Source of the DNA: Flaccisagitta enflata
Lineage: Eukaryota
Direction of reading: 5' to 3'
Length of the DNA stretch: 64,000 bases
Assembly (NCBI GenBank): GCA_965153355.1
Contig: OZ231126.1
Coordinates: 7,006,001 to 7,070,000, forward strand
The number at the start of each line of letters is the position of its first letter. The stretch's first letter is position 1. Under the pieces are notes generated by a model, which had not been told where the DNA came from, searched no databases, and saw nothing but the letters and a program-made list of their open reading frames with translations. Below are positions 13,383 through 25,754 of the stretch, one piece after another. Position numbers and translations under genes: made by a program.

Positions 13383-13844
13383 CCTCTCCTCCTTCTCCTT
13401 CATCCCCCCCTCCTCCTCCCCACCTCCAGGCCCATATCTCAGCCTTGAGCTGGCGGCTTATATCCCAGCCTTGAAACATTAAATCCCTGTCTTGAAGGCC
13501 CAGGCCTACCTCAAAAATTTAAATCCCGACCTGACTGGGATTTGAGCTCGAAGCTGAGATATGAACCTCAGGCGAGACAGACCTGGGCAGAGGAGAATGA
13601 GTACTGAGGAGAAGGAGGAGAAGGAGTAGGAGGAGAAAATCCCCCATATGTGTGAAAGCAAAGGTCATCGAGCCCTTTGGGGCCGCTGCCCTGCTCCCCC
13701 CCAAAGTTCAACCACAACCTACTTAAGCAGGGCACGGGTACCGCTGACCATATAACGCTTTTGGGACTATTTACTTTTTTATGTTGTATGTACTTTGGCC
13801 TCACTGCTCTTTCCCAAATGCTCTAGTGACCAGGAGCACTGCAC

Positions 13845-14401
13845 CATTGCCTCAGCGACACTTTGGGCAAATGACATAACTAAACAAGACCTGTGCAGTA
13901 GAAATTTTTTTTTAATTTTCACCCATGTTTAAACTTGTAGATTGTGCAAAGTCACTACGATCTCTTTTTCGATAGCAGAATGTTAAACCTGATAAAATTC
14001 CCTTTCATTTTATAGGTTGTACTAGATCGTTTTAAAAAAAATCAAGTTTTTCATTTTTCTTGTCACCGTTACAAATTTTTAACAGTGGCATGAAAAACAA
14101 AAATTGGATACCTTAATGAAAATACACAGTGCGACCTATCTAAGGAAAGAAAATTTCATCAGGAATAACAATAACCAAATAAAAAGTAGTCCAAGTAATT
14201 CAGCAGAATCTATATGCTAAAACATGATTGAAAATTTACAAAATTGGAAATTTCTCAAAAATTGCTCATTAAAATATTTTCTACTGCACGGGTGATTTTA
14301 AGTCTGCACGGGTGATTTTAAGTATTGCCATGGACCATGCAATTCCATAAAAAAAACCCAAGGTTATGTTAAGGCACACCCAAAGTGTCCCTGAGACAAT
14401 G
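13845..14401. mobile_element. MITE inserted into a HINE copy
   Basis: Ends cattgcctcagcgacactttggg / cccaaagtgtccctgagacaatg; HINE sequence continues on both sides. Confidence 0.6.
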
Positions 14402-14494
14402 ATGACTGCCCCTGCCCACCCACATGTAACTGGGGTAGCCGTGAATCCAGCCTTGTTGTTTTAAATTTGCGTTATTTTACCCTTTTCTTTTCAG

Positions 14495-14717
14495 AGGTGT
14501 TTCTGATAGAATCCATTACCCTTTATGTTATTGTGATGTTTGCTCGTGGTTTCGTCTTGGCGATGTTATTTCCATTGGGCAACATCGTTGGGTTTATGTT
14601 TGACTGGCGCCAAAAAATTGTAGTGGCTTGGTCTGGACTGCGCTCTCCCATATTGCTCATTTTGGCATTGTTATTCAACATGTACACCAAAAGCGATCCA
14701 TATAGATTATATGATAA
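14495..14717 (+). CDS. Na+/H+ exchanger exon E
   Basis: Acceptor ccttttcttttcag, donor AA|GTAGGT. Encodes LYVIVMFARGFVLAMLFPLGNIVGFMFDWRQKIVVAWSGLRSPILLILALL, matching the SOS1/SLC9C motif 'R...P...G....W....V..WSGLRG..L.LAL'. Confidence 0.8.
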
Positions 14718-14760
14718 GTAGGTGCTAGTGCATTGATCCTACTTTGATCGTTTTGGTTTA

Positions 14761-15241
14761 CAGTCTATAGACAAAACGAGGAGAGTAGATTTTGCTGATC
14801 ACCCGTATGATGCTTATGCGTAGTTTATTTCAAAATGTAGGCTTGTAATTACCTTGTAGAAAATTACTGAGGACTGAAAGAAATTAACGGAAGAACGATT
14901 ACTACAGGGAGGCCATGTAAAATCATAAAAAGAACTTCTTTTTAATTAAAAGCAAAAGTTGGCATGCAGTCACCCCTGGGACTTGAGACCTCCATCTGGG
15001 CTAAGATTGACCCCCTCTGGCCGACCCTGCGACATGATGGCTATATTTGCTTTCAATCATGAAGAAACTTCTTTCATGATTTTACATGGCCTCCCTGTAG
15101 TAATCGTTCTTGCGTTAGTTTCTTTCAGTCCTCAGTAATTTTCTATGAGGTAATTACTAGCCTACATTTTAAAACAAACTACGCCTAAGCATGATAATGG
15201 TGATCAGCAAAATCTACTCCCCTCGTTTTGTCCATAGACTG
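14761..15241. mobile_element. Tc1/mariner-type MITE (CAGT termini)
   Basis: About 180-bp inverted arms, cagtctatagacaaaacgagg / cctcgttttgtccatagactg; TA on the left flank. Confidence 0.8.
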
Positions 15242-15249
15242 TTAAAATC

Positions 15250-16540
15250 ACAACCGCAAAATGACCCTCATACCCTTTCATCTTTGAAATGCTCTAAAAT
15301 CTCAACAAATTAAGATAGAAATATGCGGATTGCACCACTGGTTAGCTCTTGAGCTCTATTTTTATAATCTCATGGATTAATTTATCGATATCTATGACAA
15401 AGTGACCCAAAATTGAGGCCAAAATGGCCAACATCACCATAAATGGTCATTTTGACATACCCTTTTATCTTTGAAGTTCTGTAAAATCTAAATTCAAAAA
15501 CATATTGAAATGCCGATTGCACCACTAGTTAGCTCTTGAGCAGTACTTTATTTTCCTCATGGATTTCAAGTATTTTTTAAAAAAATAGAAGTGGTCTATT
15601 TTTTTGTCCAAAATTGCCCAATTTTCAAGAAAATTGACTTTTTTACACCTCAAAATTTTTTTTACCATCAGCTAGAGCAGCACAAACTCTTCAATTTGAT
15701 CACCAATTTTATGCAAATTGGTCCATTTAAAGCTGAGAAATACTGAAATATGTGAAAAGAGTCAAAATTGCCTTTGAAATTGACACTGCAAAATGACCCT
15801 CATACCCTTTCATCTTTGAAATGCTCTCAAATCTAAACAAATAAAGATAAAAACATGCGGATTGCGCCATTAGTTAGCGCTTGAGCTCTAGTTTTATAAT
15901 CTCATGGATTTTTTTATCGATTTTTACAGCAAAGTGACCCAAAATTGAGGCCAAAATGGCCAAATCTTACTACAAAATGGTCATTTTGACATACCCTTTG
16001 ATCTTTGATGTTTTGTAAAATAAAAATGCCAAAACATATTGACATGCCGATTGGGTACCACTAGTTGGGGCTCTCTGAGCAGTACTCTTATTTTGCTCAT
16101 GGATTCCAAGTATTTTTTAAAAATGTGGCGGTCCACCTTGTCCAAAATTGCCCACTTTTAAGAAAATGACTTACACCTGTTTTTGGCAGTCAATAAAAAA
16201 TTAGCAAAATCGATCAAAATTTTTACCATCAGCTAGAGCAGCAAAAACTCTTCAATTTGATCACCAATTTCATGCAAATTGTTCCATTTAAAGCTGAGAA
16301 ATACTGAAAAATGTGAAAAGAGTCAAAATTGCCTTTAAAATTGACACTGCAAAATGACCCTCATACCCTTTCATCTTTGAAATGCTCTCAAATCTAAACG
16401 AATAAAGATAAAAACATGCGGTTTGCGCCACTAGTTAGCTCTTGAGCTCTAGTTTTATAATCTCATGGATTTTAGGTTCGATTTCAAAGGCAAAGTGGCC
16501 CAATTTTGCGGCCAAAATGACCTAAATTTGACATTTTTAC
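15250..16540. repeat. Tandem repeat, about 540-bp unit, about 2.4 copies
   Basis: gcaaaatgaccctcataccctttcatctttgaaatgctct recurs near 15256, 15788 and 16349. Confidence 0.8.
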
Positions 16541-18032
16541 CACAACCACCATCCAGTTCTGATCAAAATATCAAAACTGGAACCTCTAAATCACGGAGAA
16601 AAGTCATATAGCGAGTAGTTTTCAATAGTATAGACATAGTCTGTTTAAAAAAGCTGCGGGCTGGGGTGTTCAATTGATTTGATGCAAAAACCATTGGCCC
16701 TAGTCCATATATCTACTTTTCTGTCCATCTGTCCATCTATCCGTCTGTCCGTCCATCCGTCCGCCCGTCAGTCTGTTAGTCCGCTAATGAACAAAGTCAA
16801 CAAACAGATGTACGGACGTCCATACTACCTAGGAAAAAAGTCTACGTTCACCTATCAGTAATAGTTACTACAATTCTAGTCAAGATAAGTGAGAAAAATT
16901 TGTGAGATTCAGAAACTATTTCGAAAGATCTATTATTTGAGACCAATTCTATTCTTGTGGCTTTGACCGTTTAGAAATGAGAGCGATTTAAAGATGACAT
17001 ACCTTTTTGGAAAATGTAGAAAAAAAAAGAATCAAATCTGTTTTGGTGAGCACTTTTGTCAACACAGAATTAAGTTTTTGTCTTGGTACATTTTGTTTGA
17101 TATAATAAATTTTTTTCATGCGCTGGCATAGGATTATCCCACTAAGTCCCAATAATACTATTGTTGATAAACTTTGCCAAACCTAAGCATCTGGAATGAA
17201 AGGCATAAGTGATATCAACTGAGCAGGTGATAAAATGCTACGGGAAAGTTCTCGTGACACATCTGGTTAGAATTCATGAGGAGGCTCAGCAAACTGCTCT
17301 GACACCAAATGGAAGCAGAAATAACCTAGGCAGAATATCAACTGATGTTGCCAAAAAAAAACACCTAATTTTGTTTACATTTTTGGCATAAATGCACTGT
17401 TCCCTCAAGTGAACGTAGACTTTTTTCCTAGGTAGTACATCTCTTTGTTCATCCATCTGTCCATCTGTCTAACCGTTTGTCGATCTGTACTTCCATCTGT
17501 CTGCCGGTGCATCCATCCGACCATCTGCCCATCCGTCTGTCCGTACATCTGCACATTCATCCTTCTTTCCATCGATTCATCCGTCCATTTGTCCGCCAGC
17601 CTGTCTGTCAGTCTGTCCATTGTGTGTTGGTCAGTTATTGCTTTTAAAAAATGGCACTTCTTGGCTATTTTGGCCACGGCGAGGTGTTACGCTGTATCAA
17701 ACGATCGATACGCATGTTTAAAAAGGCTCCTTTGACTGTTATATCACTTATTCAAGCAATCCGTTAGTCCGTTCATCCATTGGTCACTCCGTGTTCATCA
17801 TACATTCAACCAAAAAGTCTAAAATTCACAGGTATAGGCAGTTTTAGACAAAGAAGCATCACTGATGATTGAAGGTAGTAGTTATGGGTGAATGAGTTTA
17901 GTTACGGATAGGAGCTTAATAGTATGTGGATTAGGGACAGTCTGATGGTGGAAGGTGGTGGCTTTGAGTCGGTATGGTTGAGAAAGTCGTAGGAGCTTGA
18001 TAGGTTGTGGATCAGGGCCGGTGCGATGGAGG

Positions 18033-18246
18033 AACAAGGCCGGATACACGGCTACCGAAGTAGCGTGTGGGTGGGCAGGGGCCATATTTGAGGTCACTAG
18101 ACCATTTGGGCAGGAGCAGTGAGGTCAAAGAAATAAAATCATAAAAAAAGTAAAGTGTGACCGACCAACCGACCGACCGACCGACCGACCGACCGACCGA
18201 CCGACGGACAAAGCGGGTTGTAGAGTCGCGTGCACGCGACTAAAAA
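18033..18246 (-). mobile_element. Helentron-derived HINE / DINE-1-like element, family 1 (representative copy)
   Basis: Read on the - strand: TTT-AGTCGCGTGCACGCGACT palindromic subterminal repeat, (GGTC/GTCC)n, CTGCTCCTGCCC core, 3' subTIR CACGC(G/T)ACT, GCCGTGTATCCGGC hairpin, TTGTT end. Other copies or variants at 278-486, 2252-2411, 4907-5125, 5325-5500, 9470-9685, 11908-12188, 25150-25352, 27668-27905, 34652-34831, 47459-47620, 48853-49030 and 57052-57260. Confidence 0.8.
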
Positions 18247-18871
18247 GTGGTGGTTTTGAGTTGGTATAATTCAGATAAGCATAAGAGATTGATAGGTTAT
18301 GAACTAGGGCCAGTGTGCACCGTCAGGACGCATCGTTGTTCAGTCGAGCTTGTTCATCTCCTCTGACGTTTCATCGTCTTGAAAGATCATTCAAGTAAAA
18401 CAAACTGTCATCTTGAATCGCTTCTTCCCTCATTGCTTGATCGGGCTCGTTTGGGTTTTCTGACGTTTAATCGTCTTGAAAGAGCGTTCAAAGTACTCTT
18501 AAACTAACTGTCGCCTTGCGTTACTTCTAGCCTCATTACCGTCGATCCCATTTTGCCTGTGTTTGGCTTTTCTTGTGTCTTAAGTAGATCACGTGCAAGA
18601 CGACTCTTTAATCTGCTGTAACGGTCGATCCGTCGGTTGGTCAATCAGTCACACATTTCATTTCTGGCGTTCACTGGTGGTTTTTATGGAATGGACTCCG
18701 ATAGTGATGGTGGTGTGATTCGAATGTAGATTGTTGCTGGGTTTGTCTCCATATTAACAGGCATTTTGCCTTTCTCCTGTGAAGTAATTGAATTTGAATT
18801 TTGTACATAATCATTCCTGACCAAATGCTTGATTATGCTTTTTCATCATCACTATCCCTGCCCAATAAATA

Positions 18872-19464
18872 TTATCTTCGCCAAAAGAAACGCGACACCC
18901 TGGGAATGATGTGATTTATTGACCATACTCTGACAAAATTTGGCAACTGAGAGAGTTGGTAAGTCAAGTAATTTTTTTCTATGAGAAACAAACCAGGCTG
19001 TGAATCTAAAATGCAATTTCTAACGCATTTCTTCATTAACAGATGCGATAACCTTTTCTCAGTTGTCCTCAGTTTTTTCAAGCCTACAATTTTTAAAACA
19101 GGTCTACTCCTTTGCTTGCCATTTCCAAATGGTTTGAGCTACAGGACCCAGATTGCGCTCATGTTTTAGATTTTTTAATGTAGATCAATTTGCTTTTTTG
19201 GACAAAGTATCTAGCTTTTCCAGAAGCTGAGATAACCAAAGATAAACTTACATTATTTTTTTTCGAAATTTTTTATCAATTCTGAAAATGACTATTTCCC
19301 TTCTTCTGCTTGCCATTTCTAAACGCTTTAAGATACAGTTATCAGATTGGACTCATTTTGTAGATCTTTTGTAGTAGATTAATATGTTTTTCTTAAGTCT
19401 TTAGTTTTTCTAGAAGCCAAGATATTCTAGGTAGAAGGTGTCGCATTTCTTTTGGCGAAGATAG
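18872..19464. mobile_element. TA-flanked MITE copy
   Basis: tatcttcgccaaaagaaacgcgacacc ... ggtgtcgcatttcttttggcgaagatag. Confidence 0.8.
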
Positions 19465-20087
19465 TAAGTGCCCATTCGCTGTGTGTGCGGCCTTGTTTAT
19501 GTGTCACTAACGGCCTTTGTCGTTTTCCTCGGAGGAGAAAGTAATGAATGGTGCGGCAATAAAGGTGGGTCTCGTGGAAGGAGAGGAACGGATACACGGC
19601 AACCCCAGTCGCGTGCAGGTGAGCGGGGGCAGTGATAGAAATTGCTATTCAAGCATTTGGGCAGGAGTTGCGATGAAAAAGTTGCCTGTAAACCCCGAGT
19701 GTTACTGATAGACCGACCAGCCGGCCGACGCACCGAATGACCAACGGACCGATCGATACAGCGGGTTATACAGTCGCGTGCATGCGACTTAATACCGGTA
19801 TTTGTGTGTTTATCATTGATTTGCTTATTGCTTATTGTGTTTTTACAATAGTCTATGGGGAAATTAAAACCAAATCCAATAAATGCTTTACATGTATTAT
19901 GATGTATATAATGTATACATTTATGTTTTGTGCAGTGGGAGCGATGCTATGAGGTAATAAGGGCATCATGAGGCGTTGGCCATCGATGGATTTTTGGGAT
20001 GGTGCAACGATGGGGTGCTGGAGCGTCAAGATAGGAGCGATGGGGTGATGGTGATGGTGATGGGGTAATCGGGTGACGCGATGAGGC

Positions 20088-20417
20088 CAGGCATGTATAA
20101 AGTTAGTATTCCCCCCCCCCCGTGGGCAGTGGGAATAAAATCAAAGGGTTTGGAGATGGGGAAAAATCAAAAGCTAGAAATGAAGAGAAATATTTTTTTT
20201 GGGAAGATTAAACACTTTTAGTAGTTACAAAAGGGGATATTTGATTACTACAACACAATTTAACACGATTTAAACACGATTTAAACTGTTTTATTGATTA
20301 GTGGGGAAGAAAATCATATGTTTTGTAACGCGACGCGACGCGCCACAGGGAAGAAAATCAAAGGCAGGGGGGGGGGGGGGAATCACATCAAAAGCCACTC
20401 AACTATATACACCCCTG
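20088..20417. mobile_element. hAT-type MITE
   Basis: Ends caggcatgtata / tatacacccctg; 8-bp TSD gatgaggc / gacgaggc (7/8 match). Confidence 0.7.
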
Positions 20418-21149
20418 GACGAGGCTCTAGGACGATAGTTTCATGTGATCATAAATGATTGGATAGTCATCATGCGGAGTAATGGAGCCTTGGGAGCTCT
20501 AACTGGTGTTTCACCCGGAAATTTTGGCCAGAATACCCAACTTCTAGCCAAAGTCCCAAATCATGGCCTCTATGACCGAGACCATAGCCTCGAAAGCCCC
20601 AATTCTCGCCTAAAAGACCCAGTATCTGGCCTCCCAAATAAAAAATCAAGCCTCTCAGACCAGAATTGGGGCTTTTAAGGCTGGGGTCTTGGTCAAAGAG
20701 GCCATGATTCATATTTAACAAAGTAGGATATGCATACAAGAGAGTAAAATAGCTTTATAATTCTTCTATTGATTAGTGGGGAAGAAAATCATATGTTTTG
20801 TAACGCAACGCGACGCGCCACAGGGAAGAAAATCAAAGGCAGGGGGGGGGGAATCACATCAAAAGCCACTCAACTATATACACCCCTGGACGAGGCTGTA
20901 GGACGATAGTTTCATGTGATCATAAATGATTGGATAGTCATCATGCGGAGTAATGGGGATATGGGATGATTGTTTGTTTGTTAGCCAACAGGAAGACTCA
21001 AGAGAGAGGGAAGAGAAGGGATGATAAGATTCAGAGTCAGAATCAGAGCTAGAGGAAAGATACACTTTATACAGTGAAAGGAGTAGAATGGTGAGAAAAG
21101 AGAGAAGAGGAAGAAGTGTTAGGCGAACCGACCGGTGTAGGTGGCGTAA

Positions 21150-21580
21150 CCGGAAGTGGCCAACTACAACGGCCGCGGCGGCGACGGCCGCGGCAGTGAT
21201 AGTGGTGGCAGAACCGAGCTCCGCTGAGGTGGCCGACCACGATGGCGGCGACGGCAGCGGCAGTGTTGACGGCGGTGGCGGAAACGGCGGTGGCCGACCA
21301 CGATGGCGGCGGCAGTGGCGGTGGTAACGGCGGTGGCGGCGTTGACGGCAGTGTCTTAACCGGAGCTGAGGTGGCCTACCATGATGGCGGTGACTGCGGC
21401 GGTGGTAACGGCGGCCGCGGCAGTGACGCCGGTTGCTGAACCGGAGGTGGCCGACCACGATGGTTGCGGGGGCGGCGGCGGTGACGGCGGTGGCAGCGGC
21501 GATGGCGGCGGTGGTGGCGGTGGCGGCAGTTACGCTGGCGGTGACGGCGGTGGCGGCAGCGGCGTTTGCGGCGGCGAAAG
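21150..21580. repeat. GC-rich degenerate minisatellite
   Basis: gtggccgaccacgatggcggc...gtgacggcggtggc units spaced about 60-80 bp apart. Confidence 0.7.
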
Positions 21581-22240
21581 CCGGATGTATCGATGGAGGC
21601 TTGAACGATGGAGTGTGGGATGATGGAGCGTCCAGTTGGGACAATGAAGCATCCGTGATGGGGAAGTGGCGCGTCGTACTGGGGCAATGGGATGACGCAC
21701 CCAGGCCATAATTAGCATGAACAATGGGTTCTTCATCATTCCATTAAAAGCATGAACAATGGGTTCTTCATCATGCGGAGCGATGTAGTGCAATGAGGAA
21801 TGATGTTTAAAACGATATGGTAATGCGGCAAACGTGCGATTGAGTGATAATCGTGTGGAACCATTTGACTCATTTGAGGGTGTTCGGATGGAGTGATAGA
21901 ACAATGGAGTGATGTAGTGATAAAGTGATGGAGTGATGTAGCGATGGAGCGATAAAGAGATCGATGAGGATATGGGGTGATTTGGGGATGCGATCATTCG
22001 CATTGGGCATTAGGATTAGGGGAATATGAGCAATTTGCACACGTGCGAATGGGGTGCTGAGTGGATTAGATAGACTTTCTTCAATGAAGGCTCATCGGCC
22101 ACTTTGCCAAATAACCCGACGGCCCGACCAAACGAGCAGCAGATGAACAAAGCAACCGTGACAACTTTGACAAAATGAAGATGTCATCTTCTTAATGAGT
22201 TGCTTCTGCTTCTCCTGGCAGTTCGTGAAAGATCTCATGG

Positions 22241-22353
<113 letters not shown>

Positions 22354-22576
22354 CGTCGTTGACAATCACGCTAATTGTATCGGCTCCAGCATCACTCAGT
22401 TAATTAGCGATGATAACCACGACAACGACTGCGACGACGACGACAAAGACGACGACAAAGACGACGACAACAAAGACGACGACAAAGACGACGACGATGA
22501 AAAAGACGACGACGACGCCAAAGACGACGACGACGAAAAAGACGATGACAGTGAATTCGAAGACTGTGACGAAAAC

Positions 22577-22696
<120 letters not shown>

Positions 22697-24460
22697 TCGA
22701 TGATGATAACAATAATACGGGCAATGACAACGTAAACGGATTGGACAATCACATGAAGATGATAACAGTGACATATATGATAACATAAAGAAACACATAC
22801 AAAGGGAGTTTTAAACAACAATTAAAACCAGAAAGAGTCTTTGTGGCATCAAAACGGTGATGATAAAAAAATGCTGATGCGACGACGGACAAAGACTTTG
22901 AATGACAATAAATTGATTATCGTGACAACTCTAACGACACGAAACTGGACACAACAACGCCCACATTTGCAAAACAAAATGGCGCAGTGGACAATAGCTG
23001 CAACGACACTAAATCCAATGAAATGATAATGACAGCGGTAGCAAGGACTGCAGCAACGGCAACAGCAGTTATGTAGTGATGACAGTAAAAACAATGATTG
23101 CAACAACGGCAACTGCAACAAAGTGATAATTACAGCAACGACGGAGACTCTCATGAAAAAGCGCGTATTGATTCAGCAGACTTTTCTACTTCCAAGAGTG
23201 TTGTCAAAACATTAGACCGCTTAGGCGTCACATACTTTGCATTTCAAAAATACTCATGGGAATTGAACTTGGTAGACAATAACTTTCCATTTTCAGTTCT
23301 CTCGTTGGGGAAATTTGTTCCATCAGCATTTGGTTTTCTGGGTGGCGGCCCGAACTCGGAACCGGGGTCTGTTGATCACAGAAGGAATCTGTCCATCCGT
23401 CCATCCTTTGTGGACCTTCTGATCCAAATACTACCTACGACTTGTTTAACAACTGGTACAACTTGTATGGAGTTGGACAACATTACTGCATAAAAAAATC
23501 TAGAATAAGGACTAGAGCCTTGGGAGCTCTAACTGGTGTTTCATCCGGAAATTTTGGCCAGAATACCCAACTTCTAGCCAAAGTCCCAAATCATGGCCTC
23601 TATGACCGAGACCCTAGCCTCGAAAGCCCCAATTCTGGCCTAAAAGACCCAGTATCTGGCCTCTCGAATAAAAAATCAAGCCTCTCAGACCAGAATTGGG
23701 GCTTTTAAGGCTGGGGTCTTGGTCAAAGTGGCCATGATTCATATTTAACAAAGTAGGATATGCATACAAGAGGGTAAAATAGCTTCATAATTCTTCTATT
23801 TCAAATGCGCCCGGGGCGCTAAAAAGTATAAAACTTGATAGAAGAGTCGCGTGACTGCGACTGAGGGTCTGTATCCACAGGCGTTTTTAAAGGGCCACTC
23901 GGTCGCACAATACATTCGCTGCTCGCACCGCGCACTCCCCCCACTCACTCCATAGCTCGCTGCTGCTTGATGCTCGCTCAACTCATTCCCTCCATTCAGG
24001 AGCTTGCTCACTTTACTTTCTTCCTCGTGGGCCAGTTGAAATTCATGAATATACGTTTACACATTTAACGCGGTTTACGGAAATGATCCCAATTGTTGTC
24101 ACTGGACACACGCCCTTAAACGATGAATGGGGCGTGGCCGGAAATAGATCATTCCAGCTTTTCATGCTTGACAATCAAGTTTTCAAATTTGGATTAAAAA
24201 TAATTGCAGGTGCCAAAAACTATGGCAGAATCAATTTATCTTAAACCTTTTAGGGCGTGTTTCTGCTCGCTAATCTTTACTGCGTGAACACATACAATCT
24301 ATTGATTTCACAAGGGAGTGAGCGGAGTGAGCGAGCCCACTAGTTGCAAGATCTATAAATAGAAAAAAAAAAGTCGATGCAGATTACACCGTTACAGTAA
24401 TTGTGCCGTGTTGGTTGTTGTTCTACTTGTCTAACAACATTAAGAAAAAAAGGAAACAAG

Positions 24461-25754
24461 GAAAATGAAAGCAATGATTTCGTCTTCTGTTTCAGAGGGA
24501 CTTCATCAGGCTAAATGGCAAAGAGGTACAAGTTTTCCATCATGCATCACGCGGCCGACTCTCACCATCACTTTCGATCCGAAGACATTAAGATTCTTTC
24601 TAAGGCCTCTGAGCTGGTTGGCATAAAAGAGATATGAGAAAGGCAATGGCCATTAGAGCCATCGAGCCCTCCCACAATCACAACGAAGGTCGACATGGAC
24701 TGCCTCACTGCTACGACTATATCTTTAACAACGTGAGTAAAAAGCCGAAACCACCTACACCTCACAGTCCCACCAAGCCTCTTTCTAGCACCGAAAAAGG
24801 AGGCCAAGGAAGACCGAGGACTCCATCAAGAATGGAGGAAGACATTAATGACAGGTGGAACAATATCCCTCACTATACCAACACTGAAAAATATGGAAGA
24901 GAGCCCTGTGAGCCCTCACTGACTAGTCACCACGCGCATCACTCCTAGTTTTCCATCTAGCAAAACTAATTTAGCAGACAACCATTCTGAGACTAACCCA
25001 AAACACTAGAGCTTACAAACAAACAAACAAGTGCCATCGCCGATTGAGCCTCAATCAACCCACATCATGACCACTCGAAGTCGAAATTCCCACTTTAATG
25101 AGGGTCGGGGGCTCACTTGATCAGGTTAATCCTTGATCAGTCTCTCTCTTTTTAGTCGCGTGCTACGCGACTCTACAACCCGCTTTGTCGGTCCGTCCGT
25201 CTGTCCGTCTGTCGATCCGTCCGTCACACTTTTTTGTTTGTTTTTTTTTGCGGTTCTTGGCCTCAATGCTCCTGCCCAAATGATCAAGTGACCTCAAATA
25301 GAGCCCCTGGTCACCCACACGCGACTGGGGTAGCCGTGTATCCGGCCTTGTTTCGTCACTCTCCATTTTTTCCATTGTTTTATCCATTTGCTTTTCCTCC
25401 TCCTTTTAACCATGTTATGTGTAGACTGGCATCATTCAAGACTCATAGGGCCAGCTATAAGCATTATGTACACACTTTGTGACATCAGTATTTCACTGAT
25501 TCATAGAGAAAAATATGTCTATGGGTGTTTTAGTACTTTTTTTCAGTTCATGTGCCCAAGAAATAGCACTTCATCATTCCAGAGTTATAAAAATCCCTAT
25601 GTGTAAATGTGAAATCAGTGTGACAGGGTGTGGACATATTTCTTATAGTTGGCCCGGCGAATCTCGAATCTTGCCGTCTATTTTTCTGTCTCTTTGCCAT
25701 TCAGCCTGATGAAGTCTCACTGGAATAGAAGATGAAATCATTGGTTTCATTTTC
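24461..25754 (+). mobile_element. Penelope-like retroelement remnant (frameshifted GIY-YIG endonuclease C-terminus; inverted terminal segment)
   Basis: About 24530-24735 translates, with one frameshift, to SIMHHAADSHHHFRSEDIKILSK.. / ..AMAIRAIEPSHNHNEGRHGLPHCYDYIF, like the PLE motif 'H....H.F....KIL...EA..I....P.LN...G...LP..Y'. 24461-24525 is an inverted copy of 25691-25754. Confidence 0.72.
24468..24514 (-). ncRNA. Candidate minimal type-I hammerhead ribozyme (Penelope-associated)
   Basis: Minus strand reads agc-CUGAUGA-a-guc-cc-ucug-aaa-caga-a-gac-GAAA-ucauu-gcu: conserved core, a pairable stem II, a minimal stem III and a 3-bp stem I. A more degenerate + copy lies at about 25703-25746. 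Confidence 0.5.

Noticed and set aside
18355-18545. Second hammerhead candidate (minus-strand gaaacgtcag in a ~100-bp tandem pair)
   Set aside because: The CUGANGA core is not intact in either copy.
20874-21711. Ala/Gly/Arg-rich ORFs on both strands
   Set aside because: They arise from a GC-rich minisatellite that is open in several frames; no domain motif or splice support.
24496-24732. Next exon of the Na+/H+ exchanger (ttcag...gtgagt)
   Set aside because: All three frames contain stops between the apparent splice sites; the sequence is better explained as a Penelope GIY-YIG remnant.
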